Assembly: GCF_009914755.1 (NCBI RefSeq)
Contig: NC_060926.1
Reading direction: 5' to 3' (one strand)
DNA: 64,000 nt
DNA from: the human T2T-CHM13v2.0 reference genome, Homo sapiens
Under the pieces are notes generated by a model. It was not told the DNA's origin, did not search any database, and worked only from the letters and a program-made list of their open reading frames with translations. Shown here one piece after another: positions 1 through 15,699 of this stretch. The position numbers were made by a program, and so were the translations under genes. The stretch's first letter is position 1. The number at the start of each line of letters is the position of its first letter.

Positions 1-121
1 GACAAGATTGAGAAATCCTGGTCTAATGCATATATTCTCAACAGGGATAGTAACTTAAATATGGCTCAACCTACCTGACAGAGTCTTATTTTCCAGTATT
101 TATATTCCGGAAACGGGCTGG

Positions 122-853
122 TGAGATGGGAGCGTTCCTTGGACCCCTTATGGGACTTGGGACAGGGGTGTGGCTCACCTACTTGGCCGCGGCACTCAAA
201 CCCCTTATGAGAGGGGGAGCACACAAGTGAATGGGTGCTGGGGCCAGGGTGAGCGCTTTTGGGCTTCAGCCCCATGGTAGTGTCTAGGGGTGTATTACAA
301 TTAATGCTATTTTAGCAATTGCTGTCCACGGACAGCTACGTGTTAACCAGCTCAGTGGAGAGTCAGGGTGACAGCCTTTTACACCCTGCCCTCTTGGTAC
401 CCGAGTCCTTGTCCAGCATCCAGGAAGAATCAGGACACACAGACTTGAAGGATGGTGAATGCAGAGGTTTTATTGAGTGATGATGGTGGCTCTCAGTGGA
501 ATGCAGAGCTGGAAAGCGGATGGAGTGGGAAGATAATCTTCCCCTGGAATTCGGCCGTCCCCAGCCAAACTCTGCTCTGACCATCCAGCTACCCCTTCTA
601 CATTCAGACACTTCTTCTCTTCTCTCCCTCTCTGCCATGCTGCTCTGTTCCTCTGCCAGAGGAGTTTGGGATTTTTATGGGTACAGGATGGGGGTATGGC
701 AGGCCAGGGTGGTTTTGAAAAAAGCAACATTCAGGCAGGAAAATAGGGATGTGAAGTTTTCAGTTAGGGCCTTGGGCCCAGGCTTGTGGGTGGGGCCTTT
801 GCCAGGGAACAACCCTCTTCTACCCAGTATTTCCCTGCCTTCTGTCCTTATCA
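122..853 (-). mobile_element. ERV1 solo LTR, MER52/LTR27/LTR28-like
   Basis: Minus strand begins TGATAAGGACAGAAGGCAGGGAAATACTGGGTAGAAGAGGG and ends CCCATCTCA; homologous to 30575-31308; no clean TSD seen. Confidence 0.75.
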
Positions 854-1503
854 GTGTCGATTGGAAAAATAAATGTCTACAGGGACTCTTTATCAGAACA
901 ATAATTTATAATGTTGAGAAACACTGGTCTAGTGTTAGGAAACTTTCAGGGTGAAGAGTCAATTGTATCAAACCTTTATAAAGCACACAGTTACAATTCA
1001 GCAAAAGCTGGTTCCTAGCATTGATAGACAGCAATCTCCTAGAATTAAACGTGAGTTTAAAAGAGATTGATTTTGATATTCCCAGGGAGAAGGGCAGGCA
1101 GGCCAGCCATCCTGGGGTCTGGTCCTTCTTTGAGAAAAGCATATAAGCATACATATTTTCAGGCCCCAAAGACACCCTAAGATGTCTAGGGCTGGTAATT
1201 TACTTAATGACACCCAGGGACCTAGAAGAATTAATGTGCATTTAAATGATGAGCTTTTATGGTTTCCCCAAAGGTCATAATGTATTTGGCAGTTGAGCAC
1301 CGTGATGTTGGAAACAAAGGCAATCATTTCAAGAACATCTCATTTGTATCAATGAAATTTTTTCTCTCAACTTTAATATGTTTCTTTTTGTTTAAAGGTA
1401 TCTCTTATTAAAAAGGCTAGAAATCGCTTTTTTTTTCTCTGAAGGTCAAAAGTAAATGTATCTTGTTGGGACATTTTATCCCACCCGGGGTATTAGAAAA
1501 GTC

Positions 1504-1702
1504 ATTATATATATATAAAAAATATATAATTATATATGTAATTTTATAAATTTTTAAATTGTAATATTTATTACATTTAAATTATTTATAAAATTCATAA
1601 AATTTTACATTTATAAAATTATAAATATAAATTATATATAATATACTAAACATATATAATATATTAGACATATATTATATATAATATATTAAATATAAAT
1701 AT
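1504..1702. repeat. AT-rich low-complexity (TA)n-like tract
   Basis: About 200 bp almost entirely A/T with TATA/ATAAA units. Confidence 0.9.
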
Positions 1703-2014
1703 CCCCAGACTCTAAGTCAATAACTTCTGTTTCCTCTAACCAATTGATTTTTTAAATTATTAGTATAATTTTTATCCAACCTGGTTGGTATCCCTAAGAT
1801 ATTAAACTTTTACTAAGAAAACAGGGTGGATGGTAAGAACACATAAAATCTGGCTGACTTTCAGTTTGACATTCTTTCATTAAAGATTGTTTGGTTTTAC
1901 CGAGCTCTTCCACCTCGTGCCTGGGAACAGTCTCAAGCAATGGTTCACTCAACAAGAGGAGAGATGCTCTTTAGTGGGTGGAGCCCACAGCAGTGCCTAG
2001 ACTCTCACTGATGA

Positions 2015-2631
<617 letters not shown>

Positions 2632-4059
2632 TTAATTAATTAATAGTCTTACAACTTTGGGGACAAAGTTTGAGGCCTTGTTGGTCAGAGTAATTAAGTG
2701 GAGGTCGAACCAGGAATGTGGCCTCCTTGATCCACACAGCTGCAGAAGACTCTGGGAAGAAAGGCTCCTCACTTCCTGTAACTGTGGGTTGCTCCATTGG
2801 GACTTCCTGTCACAGGCTGTCCTGAAGGCTCCAAACATTCCCCCCTCCAACTTCTCCCTCCTACCAGTTTCCATCATCTTTAAACAAAAGAATACGGGAA
2901 AGTGAGCTCATTCAACTTTGATGGCAAAAAGATATTTTACAGCGGACCAACTTTTTAAATGAATTCACATCTTGAAAAATAATTTACTAAGTAATTTTAG
3001 TTAGAGCTTAAAAAATACAATGAGCTAGGAATGGAAAAGAGAGAAAGACCTTTATAAAGCCAAGATAGAAGTTTTATTGGATTCCATTCCAAAAATAGAG
3101 TTCCTGTGTACAGCTCTATGGATATGATTCAACTTACTGTGACAATGTAGGGCAAAACCAGTTAGTTTTATGTACAAACAATATTTTCCTTTTAAACTTG
3201 TCCTGATATTCCAAAAGAGGAAATTATTTTGGCATTGTGAAAGTTTGCTTTTCTGATTCCTTTGAGAATAATTTAATAGTTTCATGGTACTTTATATTTT
3301 TTAATTTTAGTGTCATCAGTGTTCATTTAATAGTACATAGAACATGTGTTGTGCTTGTTAAATAAATAAATGATCTAAGGGCCTAGAATGACAATTCCAT
3401 AGCAAATTGCAATGACATAAATAAAATGCATGTGCAATTTTGTAGGCAGAACCCTTCCCACTTCCAAGTAAAGTACAAAGAAAAATTTAATGTTTTATAT
3501 TGATCATATGAACCAAAAGGAAGTGTTCTGGCCCCAAAGCTCAAAGCTGTTGATGATAATGCTTTAAATTTGTGTGCATTTCACCAGTTTTAAAACAGTT
3601 TCTTCAAATATGTTATCTCATTTGATTTTCTCAGCAATTCATCATGTAGGCCTGGCAAACATTATGTGGTGAATATGGAACTTACAATTCAGGAGTGGAA
3701 AATGGAATTTGTCTATAGTTTACATTAATTTCTGACTCTTGGTGGGTGGGAGTAGTTAACTTTCAGGGCTCCACCAGCACATAATTTCCAGAAAGCACCT
3801 CTTCCAGATAGTAGAATCACAAAACACACCTTGGGTGGACAAATTACAAAGCCTCTTCCTCTAGGTGCAGTGCTTGGGCTGCAGAGAACACTGGATTTTT
3901 ACCCACCCTCTACCCCCATCCCTTGGCCAGGCACTTTTGTGTAGGACACAACCAACACAACACAGGGTGATGTCAGTCATCCTGACAACGTTCATCTTCC
4001 TTGAGCTTTTCCCCTATCCTGCCAGTGTAGGTGCCAGAGTTCTTGGACACTGAACTCTG

Positions 4060-4147
4060 TTCCCGGAAGTTCCCAGACCTCAAGAAGGGGTGGTGGGAGA
4101 GCAGAAGAACAGCTTCTGCTTGTTCATACACGTCACCATGGTGACGT
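4060..4147. promoter_or_regulatory. Candidate cis-regulatory module (STAT/ETS/NF-kB composite plus RFX X-box/CRE palindrome)
   Basis: TTCCCGGAA 4060-4068, CCGGAAGT 4063-4070, GGAAGTTCCC 4065-4074, perfect 18-bp palindrome ACGTCACCATGGTGACGT 4130-4147. Confidence 0.45.
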
Positions 4148-6354
4148 CCATCATGCTTGTCTGTGTAATGCCTGCAGGCCTGGCGCCTCTCTGCTGTTTC
4201 CATGCCTCATGTGCGCCAGTGAAATGTTTGCTCAGAAGCATGTGGTCCCTTCCCCAGATGCACTATGCAGCCATTTTCCCTTGGCCTTCTGGAAGGGGCT
4301 GCACTTGTGCCCTCTGCTCCTGGTTCTCACCCTCTCAGACCTCAACTCTGTTTCCACCTCTCACTCTCACTTGCTTTCTCTCTCTCACATTCTGCTTTTT
4401 CTCCCCACAAATGGGACAGGTAATCCTTTTCTGGTCTAGAGAGAGAGAAAAAAAAGGGGCAAAGAAGCATTTCCTTAAGGGCTCAGACTTTTGCAGGACA
4501 CAGCCAGAACTTCCTCTACTGTTCCAGACCTGCTACAAATGTTTCTGGAGACCAAGAGAGTAGGACTGACCAACACTTTGAAAAGAGAGAAGCAAAAGGA
4601 AGGAATACAAGGTAGAGAAAATTATTCAACCACACAATGCTAATTTTTAAATGAAAAATATATTGCTATAAAGGTTGAAACCAGAATAAAACTGACAATA
4701 GATGCTGTTGGCTCTTTTACATCACAGAATGTTAAAGTGAACTAAAGATTAAATTTCCAGAGGGAAAGGATAGGCTGAGCCTGTCTATGATTTAAGTGGA
4801 CTGTCAGAACAATATGGTCAAGGATAAGAATGAAGCTGCTCTATTTTTTGTTTTCCACTCTATTGGGTAAAAGGTCATCTCTTGGGAGTAATGGAATCCA
4901 GCAGTCTCTGACAGGTCATCAGGCAGCAAGGCTCTCTGGGAAAGACTGAAACTACACCACTAACCTGGGCGTGTACACCTTCCTCCCCCACTGTGCTTTT
5001 CCCATATGTTGAGCATTTTGAAGGCATGGCATTCTCAGAAGAACCCTTTGATGTATAACTTTTCTCATGGAGAGTAACGTGTGCTTTAGAATACACAGGA
5101 AAGGCTTTACACCCAGAAAGCAAGTGAGATGGTGGTGGTGGTAGGGGTTAGGAAAGTGACATCTCTAAGGAAGAAGTGCCACCTCTAGTGAGACCTAGAG
5201 GTTGAATAGCAATTATCCAGGAGAAGAGTGTGAGGTTGAGAGAGGAGCTAAGGGAATAGCATATATTTAATAAAAGGCCTGTAAGCAAGAAGACATGGCT
5301 CTTGGTGGGACTGAAAGTAGTTTGCTGTTGCTACAGCAGAAAGTGTAAATGAAGGATAAGAGAATGGAATGAGGGAGAAGAGACTGGAAAATTAAGGTCA
5401 AGAAGTGAGCAGAAGCTGATTTGCTGTCTATAACTGAAAATCCAAATAACAGTGGCTTTAATAAGATAGGCATTCGTTTTTCTCATGTAGTAAGTAAGAG
5501 GCGGGAAGATATTTGCTAGTATTGGTTGGGTGGCTCAGCATCAAGACTAAGGTCTCAGTAAGTCTCCTGGCCCTTCTTACATGGCTCCAGCCAGCACTTC
5601 CACTTTTCAGGAATGAGGGAAAAAGCAAAAAGAGCAAAAACGGTGCATACCTGTGGAGCCTAACTTTTTAAAGGAGTTTTCCTGGAAGTCCCACTCTAAA
5701 ACTTCAAATTATATCTCATTGCCCAGAATTCTGTCACACGGAGGCCTATTTTTTTCTCCTAAACATCTCACAAAAATCTAGGGATTCACTCTGCACGGAT
5801 ACATTTGGTACATATTTCCACTTTCTTGAACCAATCCCTGCGGCAAATGCACTGACTGGCCCAATCCAGGCCTTTGTTATGTTATTCCTGAACTACAGCA
5901 GAAATTCCTGATGTCATTTCATTTTGCCAGGCCCCTGCTCAAGAGACTTCAAAGACTTTCCATTACCTGAAGGCTGACATTCAAGACTCTCCTCCAGTGT
6001 GCCTTCAATTAAATTAAACAAAAGCATATTAAGTACCAACCACATGCAAACCAATTTAGTCATTAACTTCCTTTCTCAAGCCCTCTGTCACAGGCGGCCT
6101 GGAAGAGTCAATGCTCTCTAAACAAGCATCGTCATTTCCATCCCCTTGTCTTGTTCTCTCCTTTTCCTCATTCATCCTATGCATTTTACCTACTTTACTC
6201 TAGTGTTCCCTTCAGGACCCCGCTGAAGTCCTAGCTTTTCCTGGATGCCGTCCTGCACAATAACTTAGGAAGATTCATTCCTCTCTGTAATTCATAACAC
6301 TTATTGTCGGGCACCTCTCAACCAGCAATTAGAATTGGACGGCCTTGTTGCTAC

Positions 6355-6963
<609 letters not shown>

Positions 6964-8556
6964 ACCGGCCTGCTTCCTTTTTTAAATAGTGTAATTGAAC
7001 TCTCGTTCTAAGTTCCATAAAAGCATGTCCTATCTTATCTTTACACTTGCCTCAGAAAACCTTCAAATATGTTTGATGTTGAAGAAAGAAAACTAATAAA
7101 CAAATGAAAGATTATAACTTAACTGCTCTGAAAATGTTCAGTTGCAATTTGAAGATCATTAGGAAGCTTCCTTGGATTGAACTTGTTGCTTGTCCTTGGA
7201 ACTGTGTAGTCAGATTTCCATTGAGGAGCAAATCCCCCAAATATTTGGGGGAACTTAGTCTATTACACCTCCAGTTCCTTCTATATATTTATTACAATCA
7301 CTTTCTTCTGTAGATGGAGCAATGACTTCATAGAGCCTTAAACAAATATTAGCCATTGCTCTAAACAGGTGTTAATAACATGGGATGCCTAGCAGGTTAG
7401 TATCTGTCCAAGCAAATGGAACATATGTGATTGCAAAATTTCTTGTTGAAATAAAAGATATTCAGATTCCATGGTTACTATTTAATTCTGCTGCATAGCA
7501 AGTGGATATCTTTAGAAAAGTAAGTTGATTGCCAAGTATAATTATACCTAATAGTAGTCAAATTGCCTAAGAAAACCTCATAAAACTCTGGAGAGTTAAT
7601 CCTGAATATAGCAGACAATTCAAGTTAGACTTCTATTGTATCAGTGATCAAACTAGCTTTATGGCATAATTCTCAAAATACATAAAATAGGCCTCTGACA
7701 TTTAGTAAAACTGATGACTTTAAAGACTATGATCATACAATGATTAAGTGCAAGGTGGGTGTGTAAGGTTTGCTTTTTTCATGTGGCATTTGAATAGGAA
7801 TGAAAATCCTTTCCTAGGCCTGCTGGCGTTGATTATATATGGACTTGGTTTTGAGTACAGAAAAATCTAGGTCATGAATTAGGCCTGAAATAATTTTTCT
7901 AAAATAGAGAGTATTTTGCTTTCCTACTTTCAAATAATTTTGTTCAACAAGACTAAGCTACATGCTAAAAATTAATGTTATAATCTTTCACAATGTGAAC
8001 TAATCTCAGCATCTCTCGTGCTTTCTGGAATTGGGTCAAGATTTACATTGAGGCCTTTTTATGTCCTTCTGCCTCTGGATAGCAGCTTAGAGCCTGAGGC
8101 TACTCAGGCCTTATTAGCAGCATGAAATGGGGCAGACAGCAGAAAGTCTTTCCCCCAGGATCAGTGGTCACCTGTGGCTGTTTGTTTGCATGACTAGTGA
8201 ATTCTAACTTTAGAATTATCCACCTGTCTTACCTCCCATATCTACATACTGTGCCTGGAAACACCAACCCTCCTGCCTTAGTTAAAAGCCCTCAATATTT
8301 TTCTTTTCTCTTTAGATCTATAGAAGCATCAAGGAACACTCTCCATCAACAATGTAAACTACACTCCTGGTCAGACCTTGACTTAAGCCTTTCCTTCCCA
8401 TTCAATGCCTGCCCTGGTGTGACATTTATGGGACCCTCTACTGTGCATATCTTGCCTCCTAGTGAATTTGGAACATACAACTATTAAGAGCTGCTGTAGA
8501 ATCATTCTTATCCTATGAGGTCAGGACTGGGAGTTGGTAGGTAAATTACAAAGTTA

Positions 8557-8956
<400 letters not shown>

Positions 8957-8999
8957 TTACAGGATTATCCCCTCCGTTATCCTCTCATGAACACTAATT

Positions 9000-10059
9000 T
9001 CCACTGGGCCCCTTACTGCTGCCCAGCCACCTTACTATATTTTCCTAGTTTATTCCTATTTCCTAGAAAACTGTTTCATAACTTTATACCTCTCCTCAAT
9101 CTCCCTACCCCCCAAGTCCTTATGCTGATGATGAACTTGCTTCCTATTTCACTGAGGAAAACACAGCTATGAGAAGAGCTCCTGTCACCTGGTGTGCATA
9201 CCTACCTGTACCCGTACCTCCGTTCTCTGCCTGCCTTCTTGCTTCCGTGAACCAACTGCCTGCACCCCTGTCTGTGGCCAGCTCCTCTACCTGGATGGAT
9301 AGATAACTTAGTAGGATAACACACTTATCCCATCCTTCCCTGCCACATACTGAAAGACTGACCTCCTTCAATTATTTCCTCTCCTCAGAGCATCATCATT
9401 TTTTCCCCTTTCTTCTTACCGTTTCCATCAACATACACATCTGCTATACTTTTTACTATATCAAAAAATTTTTAAAAACCTAAAAAACCTTTTTTTGGAC
9501 CCCATATCCCATACCAATTATTTTCCCAATTCTTGGCTCTTCTTGATGGAGTTGTTCATACTCTCCAGTTTCTTTCCTTTCCTTCCTTTCTCTCTCAAAC
9601 CCTCTGTAATTGGGCTTTCGCTCCCACTACTCCACCATAACCTTTATTTTCAAGGTAGCCAATAAACTTTGCATGACTAAATCCAGCTGTCAATTCTCTG
9701 TCCTCGTCTTGTTTGACTTACCAGCGGTATTTAACAATGCTAGTCATTCGTTCCTCCTTAAAACACATTAATCTCTTTGTGTCTAGAACTGTCTTCAGTT
9801 TTGCTCCTTCATCACCGTCTGTTCTTTCTTAGGCTCCTTTGCCAGTTGCTCCTTCTCTCTCTAATCCTTAGACATTAGAGGACCTCAGTCTGCATCACTT
9901 CTCTGTCCATAATCCCTGGATGATTTCATAGATTTAAATATATGTTTAAACTGATGGTGCCTTCATTTATATCTCCAGTTTTGATTCCTTCCTTGAATTC
10001 TAGACAAATGTCTATTCAATATCTCCATTTGCATGACAATAAGCATCTCAAGCTCAATA
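9000..10059 (+). mobile_element. L2 LINE fragment (degenerate RT region), 5' part
   Basis: GGCTTTCGCTCCCACTACTCCAC...CAAGGTAGCCAATAA...CTCGTCTTGTTTGACTTA resembles the L2 RT segment GFRPHHST..KVTND..LILLDL; resumes after 11909. Confidence 0.7.
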
Positions 10060-10435
10060 CAGCCAGTTCTGCTGTAACATTTTAAAACTGTTAATTTCTT
10101 CCAACGCGATTGATACACTAGGGTATAATTTGAGCGTAACACCAATTTTACCTTTGCTTATGTGCAATTTTGTCTGTGAGAAATGCTAGGTGAATGCAGA
10201 AAACTGCATCCAGCTGAGCCACATAGGAATACACAAAATGCACACATGCATGCACCAACCATCAGCCACCTCACCTCGAAGTGTGTTATCCTACTAAGTT
10301 ATGTCTGGCTATTCTTTTGCCTTCATGAACTTTTCTATGTAAAAACAAAAACAAAAAAAACTCTCATTCTATATCCCAAACATAGATCTAAGTGTCCTGG
10401 CTCAAAAACACCAAGCAGTGCATACAAAAGGAGAA

Positions 10436-10742
10436 TTTTTTTTTTTTTTTTTGAGGTGGTGTCTCACTCTGTCTTCCAGGCTGGAGTGCAATGGCACGAT
10501 CTCAGTTCAGTGCAGCCTCTTTCTCCCAAACTCCCAGGTTCAAGCGATTCTCCTGCCTCAGCCTCCTGAGTAGCTGCGATTACAGGCATGCACCACCATG
10601 CCTGGCTAATTTTTGTATTTTTAGTGGAGAGAGGGTTTCACCATGTTGGCCAGGCTGGTCTCAAACTCCTGACCTCAAGTGATCTGCCCACCTCAGCCTC
10701 CCAAAGTGCTGGGATTACAGGCGTGAGCCACCGCACCCAGCC
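10436..10742 (-). mobile_element. Alu (AluSx/Sz-like) inside the Tigger
   Basis: Antisense dimer; short TSD GGAGAA. Confidence 0.95.
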
Positions 10743-11385
10743 TGGAGAAATATTTAAGTATCGAGGAGATGCTTGAAATAACAATGTGGGGTTTAAAAAA
10801 AAAATTGGGAGGATATAAGCAATCTTTGTTTTGCACAGCACCACATTCATTGAAACCCATGACGATTGGAAGGAATGATGTACTCCCTTTCTAGTTGACA
10901 AATCTTAGCATGAACAAAGTTCTGATACATGTTTCTGTTAACACAGCGTCATGCAGAACAGCGTCATGCAGGATTGGCTGTATGTGATATCTCCTGAGCA
11001 ATGGGCATAAGGGAATTCACAGTGTGGACAATGACAGACAATGCCACAAAAATGAAATTTTAAAAATTCCATGCTTAGGACAACTTTGACAGTAAGAACA
11101 AAGACTAGAAATACAAAATAAATGGAAAGATAATTGAATGTATAGATTAAAGACCAAATAGTAAAAAGTACAGGAAAAATCTTTCTAATGAGAAGGCACT
11201 ATCTATACACAAAAGACTCAAAAGGAAATCTCCAATCCTCAAATCCTGCAGAAGTGACTTTTCATGCTATTGATGCCTCGTTGCAAGATTTCAGACATTG
11301 CTACAGTTTCCAAAGCCTCCAGCTATCAGACATATGAGGAATTTGCAGAAAAATTTCCAGCAATGCAGAAGTTAAAGTAGATAGT

Positions 11386-11550
11386 TATACTTTGGACCAA
11401 ATTTGCAATTTTGATGAAACAGGTAACTATTATAAATGCATACATTTGAGGACCTACATCTCAAAGGAAGAGCAACTTGTACGAGGATTCAAGCCTGAGA
11501 GAGCTCACTTAACTGTGATGTTCAATGCCAATTTGAACAAAGGACTGTGA
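11386..11550 (+). pseudogene. Pogo/Tigger DDE transposase remnant
   Basis: Translates to YTLDQICNFDETGNYYKCIHLRTYISKEEQLVRGFKPERAHLTVMFNAN, matching the pogo/CENP-B motif QIFNxDETG..RTYISKEE..GFK..LT. Confidence 0.85.
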
Positions 11551-11909
11551 GGCCACACCCATCCACATCTGGTGTTACTGAAAAAAAACTTCCTATTATT
11601 TTTCAGATAACCCTATTTCACCACTTCCCAATAACAGCCCTGCAGCCTACTTCCACACACAAACTTCAGGTCTTTATAAGGTGAGGTACCTCACTCACTG
11701 ATGGTAGTATTTATGCATATCTTTACCATTTAGTATGTGTAAAACTGTATTTCTATTTGCATTAGGTTTCTTTCTTTTTTAAATGTGTCACTGAGGACAT
11801 CCTTGAGTATTATGCCCTCAATGCCATTTTTTTCCCGCATAAGCCTGGTGATTTTTATTTGTAATTTTGTGGTAATATTTAGGAGCACATATTATAGCAG
11901 AACTGACTG

Positions 11910-12690
11910 TATATCCAAAACGATATTCCTAGTCTTTTCCCTAAAGCTTTCCTCAGCTGAGCTAACATAACTCCAAACAGTTGCTCAGACCAAAAACTTT
12001 AAGGTTATCTTTGAGTTGTATTTTTCTCTTAAACCTATATCCATTCCAGCAGCAAATCCTACAGGCTCTATTTTTAAAATATACGCAGAATCTGGCCTTT
12101 TTTCCTCACTCCCTCTACAACATCCCCCTAGCCACCACGAACTCTCTTGTGAACATCTCACCGGCCTTCTAAAGTCTCCTCACTTTACCCTTCAGCTATA
12201 CCTGATCTGGTGATGTTGTTAACACCTGGCATACACTCAATCATGTGCTCAACACCTTCCAGTGGCTTCTATGTCACCCAAGATCAAGCCCAGAGTCCTT
12301 TTAGTGCTATAAGGCCTGACAGGATCTGAGTCTCCCGCTTTAGCGCCTTCCATCCCTCACCTGCTGCTTTCTTCTGCTCCCACCCCACCGGCCCTCTTGG
12401 TATTTTCTGAACATGCCAGGCTCAGTGCTGCCCCAGAGCCACTGCACTGCTGTTCCTTCTCACCGGTGTGGTCGTGCCCAGGGATCAGCATAGTCCATTC
12501 ACCTCCTCCAACTTTTGCCCAAACACCAGCTTGTCAATAAAGACTTCTCTGACTACCCTATTTAGAATCACAACCCTAGTTCCCCAAGTCACAGTCCTTT
12601 CTATTTCCAGTATTACTTTATTCTTCTTTATAATGTGTATCACCACTAAACATATTATATATAGTATTTTATGTATTTGTTACTTTGTTT
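11910..12690 (+). mobile_element. L2 LINE fragment, 3' part
   Basis: Continues the L2 sequence (TATCCAAAAC..., CAGTGGCTTC..., GAACATGCCAGG). Confidence 0.65.
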
Positions 12691-12700
12691 TCTGTCAACT

Positions 12701-12990
12701 GGTGGCAGTTTTAAAACATGACTGCAGATTCTTCGACAATTCTTTCATAGAGAGGTAGTTTCTATGGCCCCTTTGCTTGAATCTTGGCAGCATGGTAGGA
12801 ATGACAATATGTGACTTCCGAAGCAATGCCATAAGGGGCCATGCGGTGTCTGCCTTGTGCACAGAAACACTTGTTCATAGATCCTGACTACGCTGAGGCA
12901 GCCATGCTGTGAGGAAGCCCTAGTCAAATGGAGAGGTCATATGTGGATGCCCAGTCATAGTATCAGTCAGGACTAGTCTTTAATCATGCT
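12701..12990 (+). mobile_element. MaLR LTR fragment (MLT1G/H-like)
   Basis: GTGGCAGTTTTAAAACATG...TTCTTCGACA...CTTGAATCT...GCCATGCTGTGAGGAAGCCC. Confidence 0.55.
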
Positions 12991-13136
12991 GGATCAGGTG
13001 CTCAAAATCTAGTGGAAAGATGGATGTATAAGTAAACAATTACAATATCAAGTGATAGATGCTGCAATGAGATGTTTCCAGAAAGCTGTGGGAAATGATG
13101 GGAGAGTGTAATTAATTTTCAAAGAGGACTGTGAGG

Positions 13137-13413
13137 TGTTAGAAAGTAAAAACACCTCCAAATAAGGAAGAGGAACAGGCTATGACCTAAGGCTTGCTTG
13201 GACCAGTATAAGCATGCCAGGGCAAATATTTATGCAAACTTGTGGGAGTTAAGAACACAAAGTATATTGATTTCTTTATTACGGCTAGCAGATATTTTAG
13301 AATGTTAGCACAGGTCTTTGAATAAATTTTGCTTCTAAGAGAAGTTACATTTGTTCTTAATTAGATGGGGAGGAAAGTCTCTTTGAAGAGGAACTTCTAC
13401 TTCACTTTTTACA
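13137..13413 (-). mobile_element. Short ERV1-type solo LTR (MER84-like, tentative)
   Basis: TG...CA termini, 4-bp TSD GAGG (13133-13136, 13414-13417); minus strand starts TGTAAAAAGTGAAGTAGAAGTTCCTCTTCAAAG. Confidence 0.7.
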
Positions 13414-14143
13414 GAGGCTCAGAGATGAGGTGACATTTGAGTTGCCTTGAAGGATAAGCAGGAATTTGCCAGGCAATAGATAAAGGAAAAAGAACTAGAC
13501 TCTTGGCCTGCTCTTCTTTCCAACACTCAGATCGTTTTGAGGGCAGAGAAGGTCCATCCTTCTGATAACTGGAATCAACAGCTGACCAGAAGCATAAGCT
13601 GAGATGTGTAGTGAATATTGGTACTACAGGAATAAAACCACCAGGCTTAAGCAAGACTGTAGATGGAGACCAGCATGGCATTGCCCTTTTCTGGGCCTGT
13701 TTTCTCATCTGTAAAAGACAGAGGTTAAGTAAGAGATGTAGAGTAGGTTATTCTCACTCTTCAATTCTGTGATGCTAGGACTTCCCTAAATGTGATTCTC
13801 TGAAGGTTAAATAGTCTCCACTCCCTCAACTATTCCTCATACGATGTTTTCCAAGATTATGTACCACACATGTGCCTTCCGTTGCGTGGATTCTACTTTG
13901 TCAACGCCCACTTCAAAACATAGCATACAGCACTGTGATGCCCAGAATGAATGTAATACTCCAGACATGCACCCGCCAGAGGGCAGACTCTGAGGCAATA
14001 TCCTTTACCTAGATATTGTACTTCAATTGGTGCAGCACAAAGCTTCATGAGTTGTTTTCCAGTCACACCATAGGTTCAAAGCCTTGTTTGCATGAACTCT
14101 TAATCTATCCATGTATTGTTAATTGATCTATCCTATGTATTGT

Positions 14144-15054
<911 letters not shown>

Positions 15055-15699
15055 TTGTAAGTTTATGCAATTGATTGAACCTAAATGGAAGACCTGATAC
15101 TTGTTCATGTAAAATTTATCTTAATATTCACAGAAGTATCTAGCATAGTCAATAAGTATTTGTTGAATTGAATAGATTTTCATTTTGCTTTGGGCTGTCA
15201 ATACAACTTTAGAAAAGCTTTCTGAATTTTTATTAATTTAATATTTTATAATACTTAAATCTTTCTACTCTAAAAAGTGATTTAAGAACCTTGATTCAGC
15301 ATTCCCTCTCAGCTGTGTGATTTCCACAAATCAGACAGATATCGTATTTCTGTACCCATAAGGAATGTGACCTAGAAAAGGCATTGACCTGGGGTTTGCC
15401 ACCAGCTTTCTCCATTAATAAGTTATGTCCTGCTAATAACAGTGTTAAATGTAAAGGTCACAAAGCACACTAAAATCGAAAAACAGAATCTTCAATGTGC
15501 AGATTTTCAAACATAAAAATAATAACATGGTCATTTCATTGAAAGATTCACCAGTGCAAATCCTACATGGAATAGGAGATGTAAAATTCCCTGAACCACT
15601 CGGAAAGTGTGACCACGCTGACAGGCTTGAATCTCAAATTTTAATTAAGGCCATCTTGCTTTTTGTGAAGAATTTTAAAAGCTGTTCTAAATTGGATTG

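Larger units (their letters stand above)
10060..11909 (+). mobile_element. Tigger/pogo (TcMar) DNA transposon, Tigger8/Tigger10-like, with transposase remnants
   Basis: TIRs CAGCCAGTTCTGCTGTAACA and TATTATAGCAGAACTGACTG, flanked by TA on both sides; inserted into L2; interrupted by an Alu. Confidence 0.85.

Noticed and set aside
4090-4563. 157-aa hydrophobic ORF
   Set aside because: GTG start; its hydrophobicity comes largely from a CT-rich tract; no family similarity seen
5174-5192. CTCF-like CACTAGAGGTGGCAC on the minus strand
   Set aside because: The 5' half of the core fits poorly
10943-10972. Short tandem duplications (ACAGCGTCATGCAG twice; also 14103-14144, 57650-57685, 63712-63752)
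   Set aside because: Ordinary slippage duplications with no further structure
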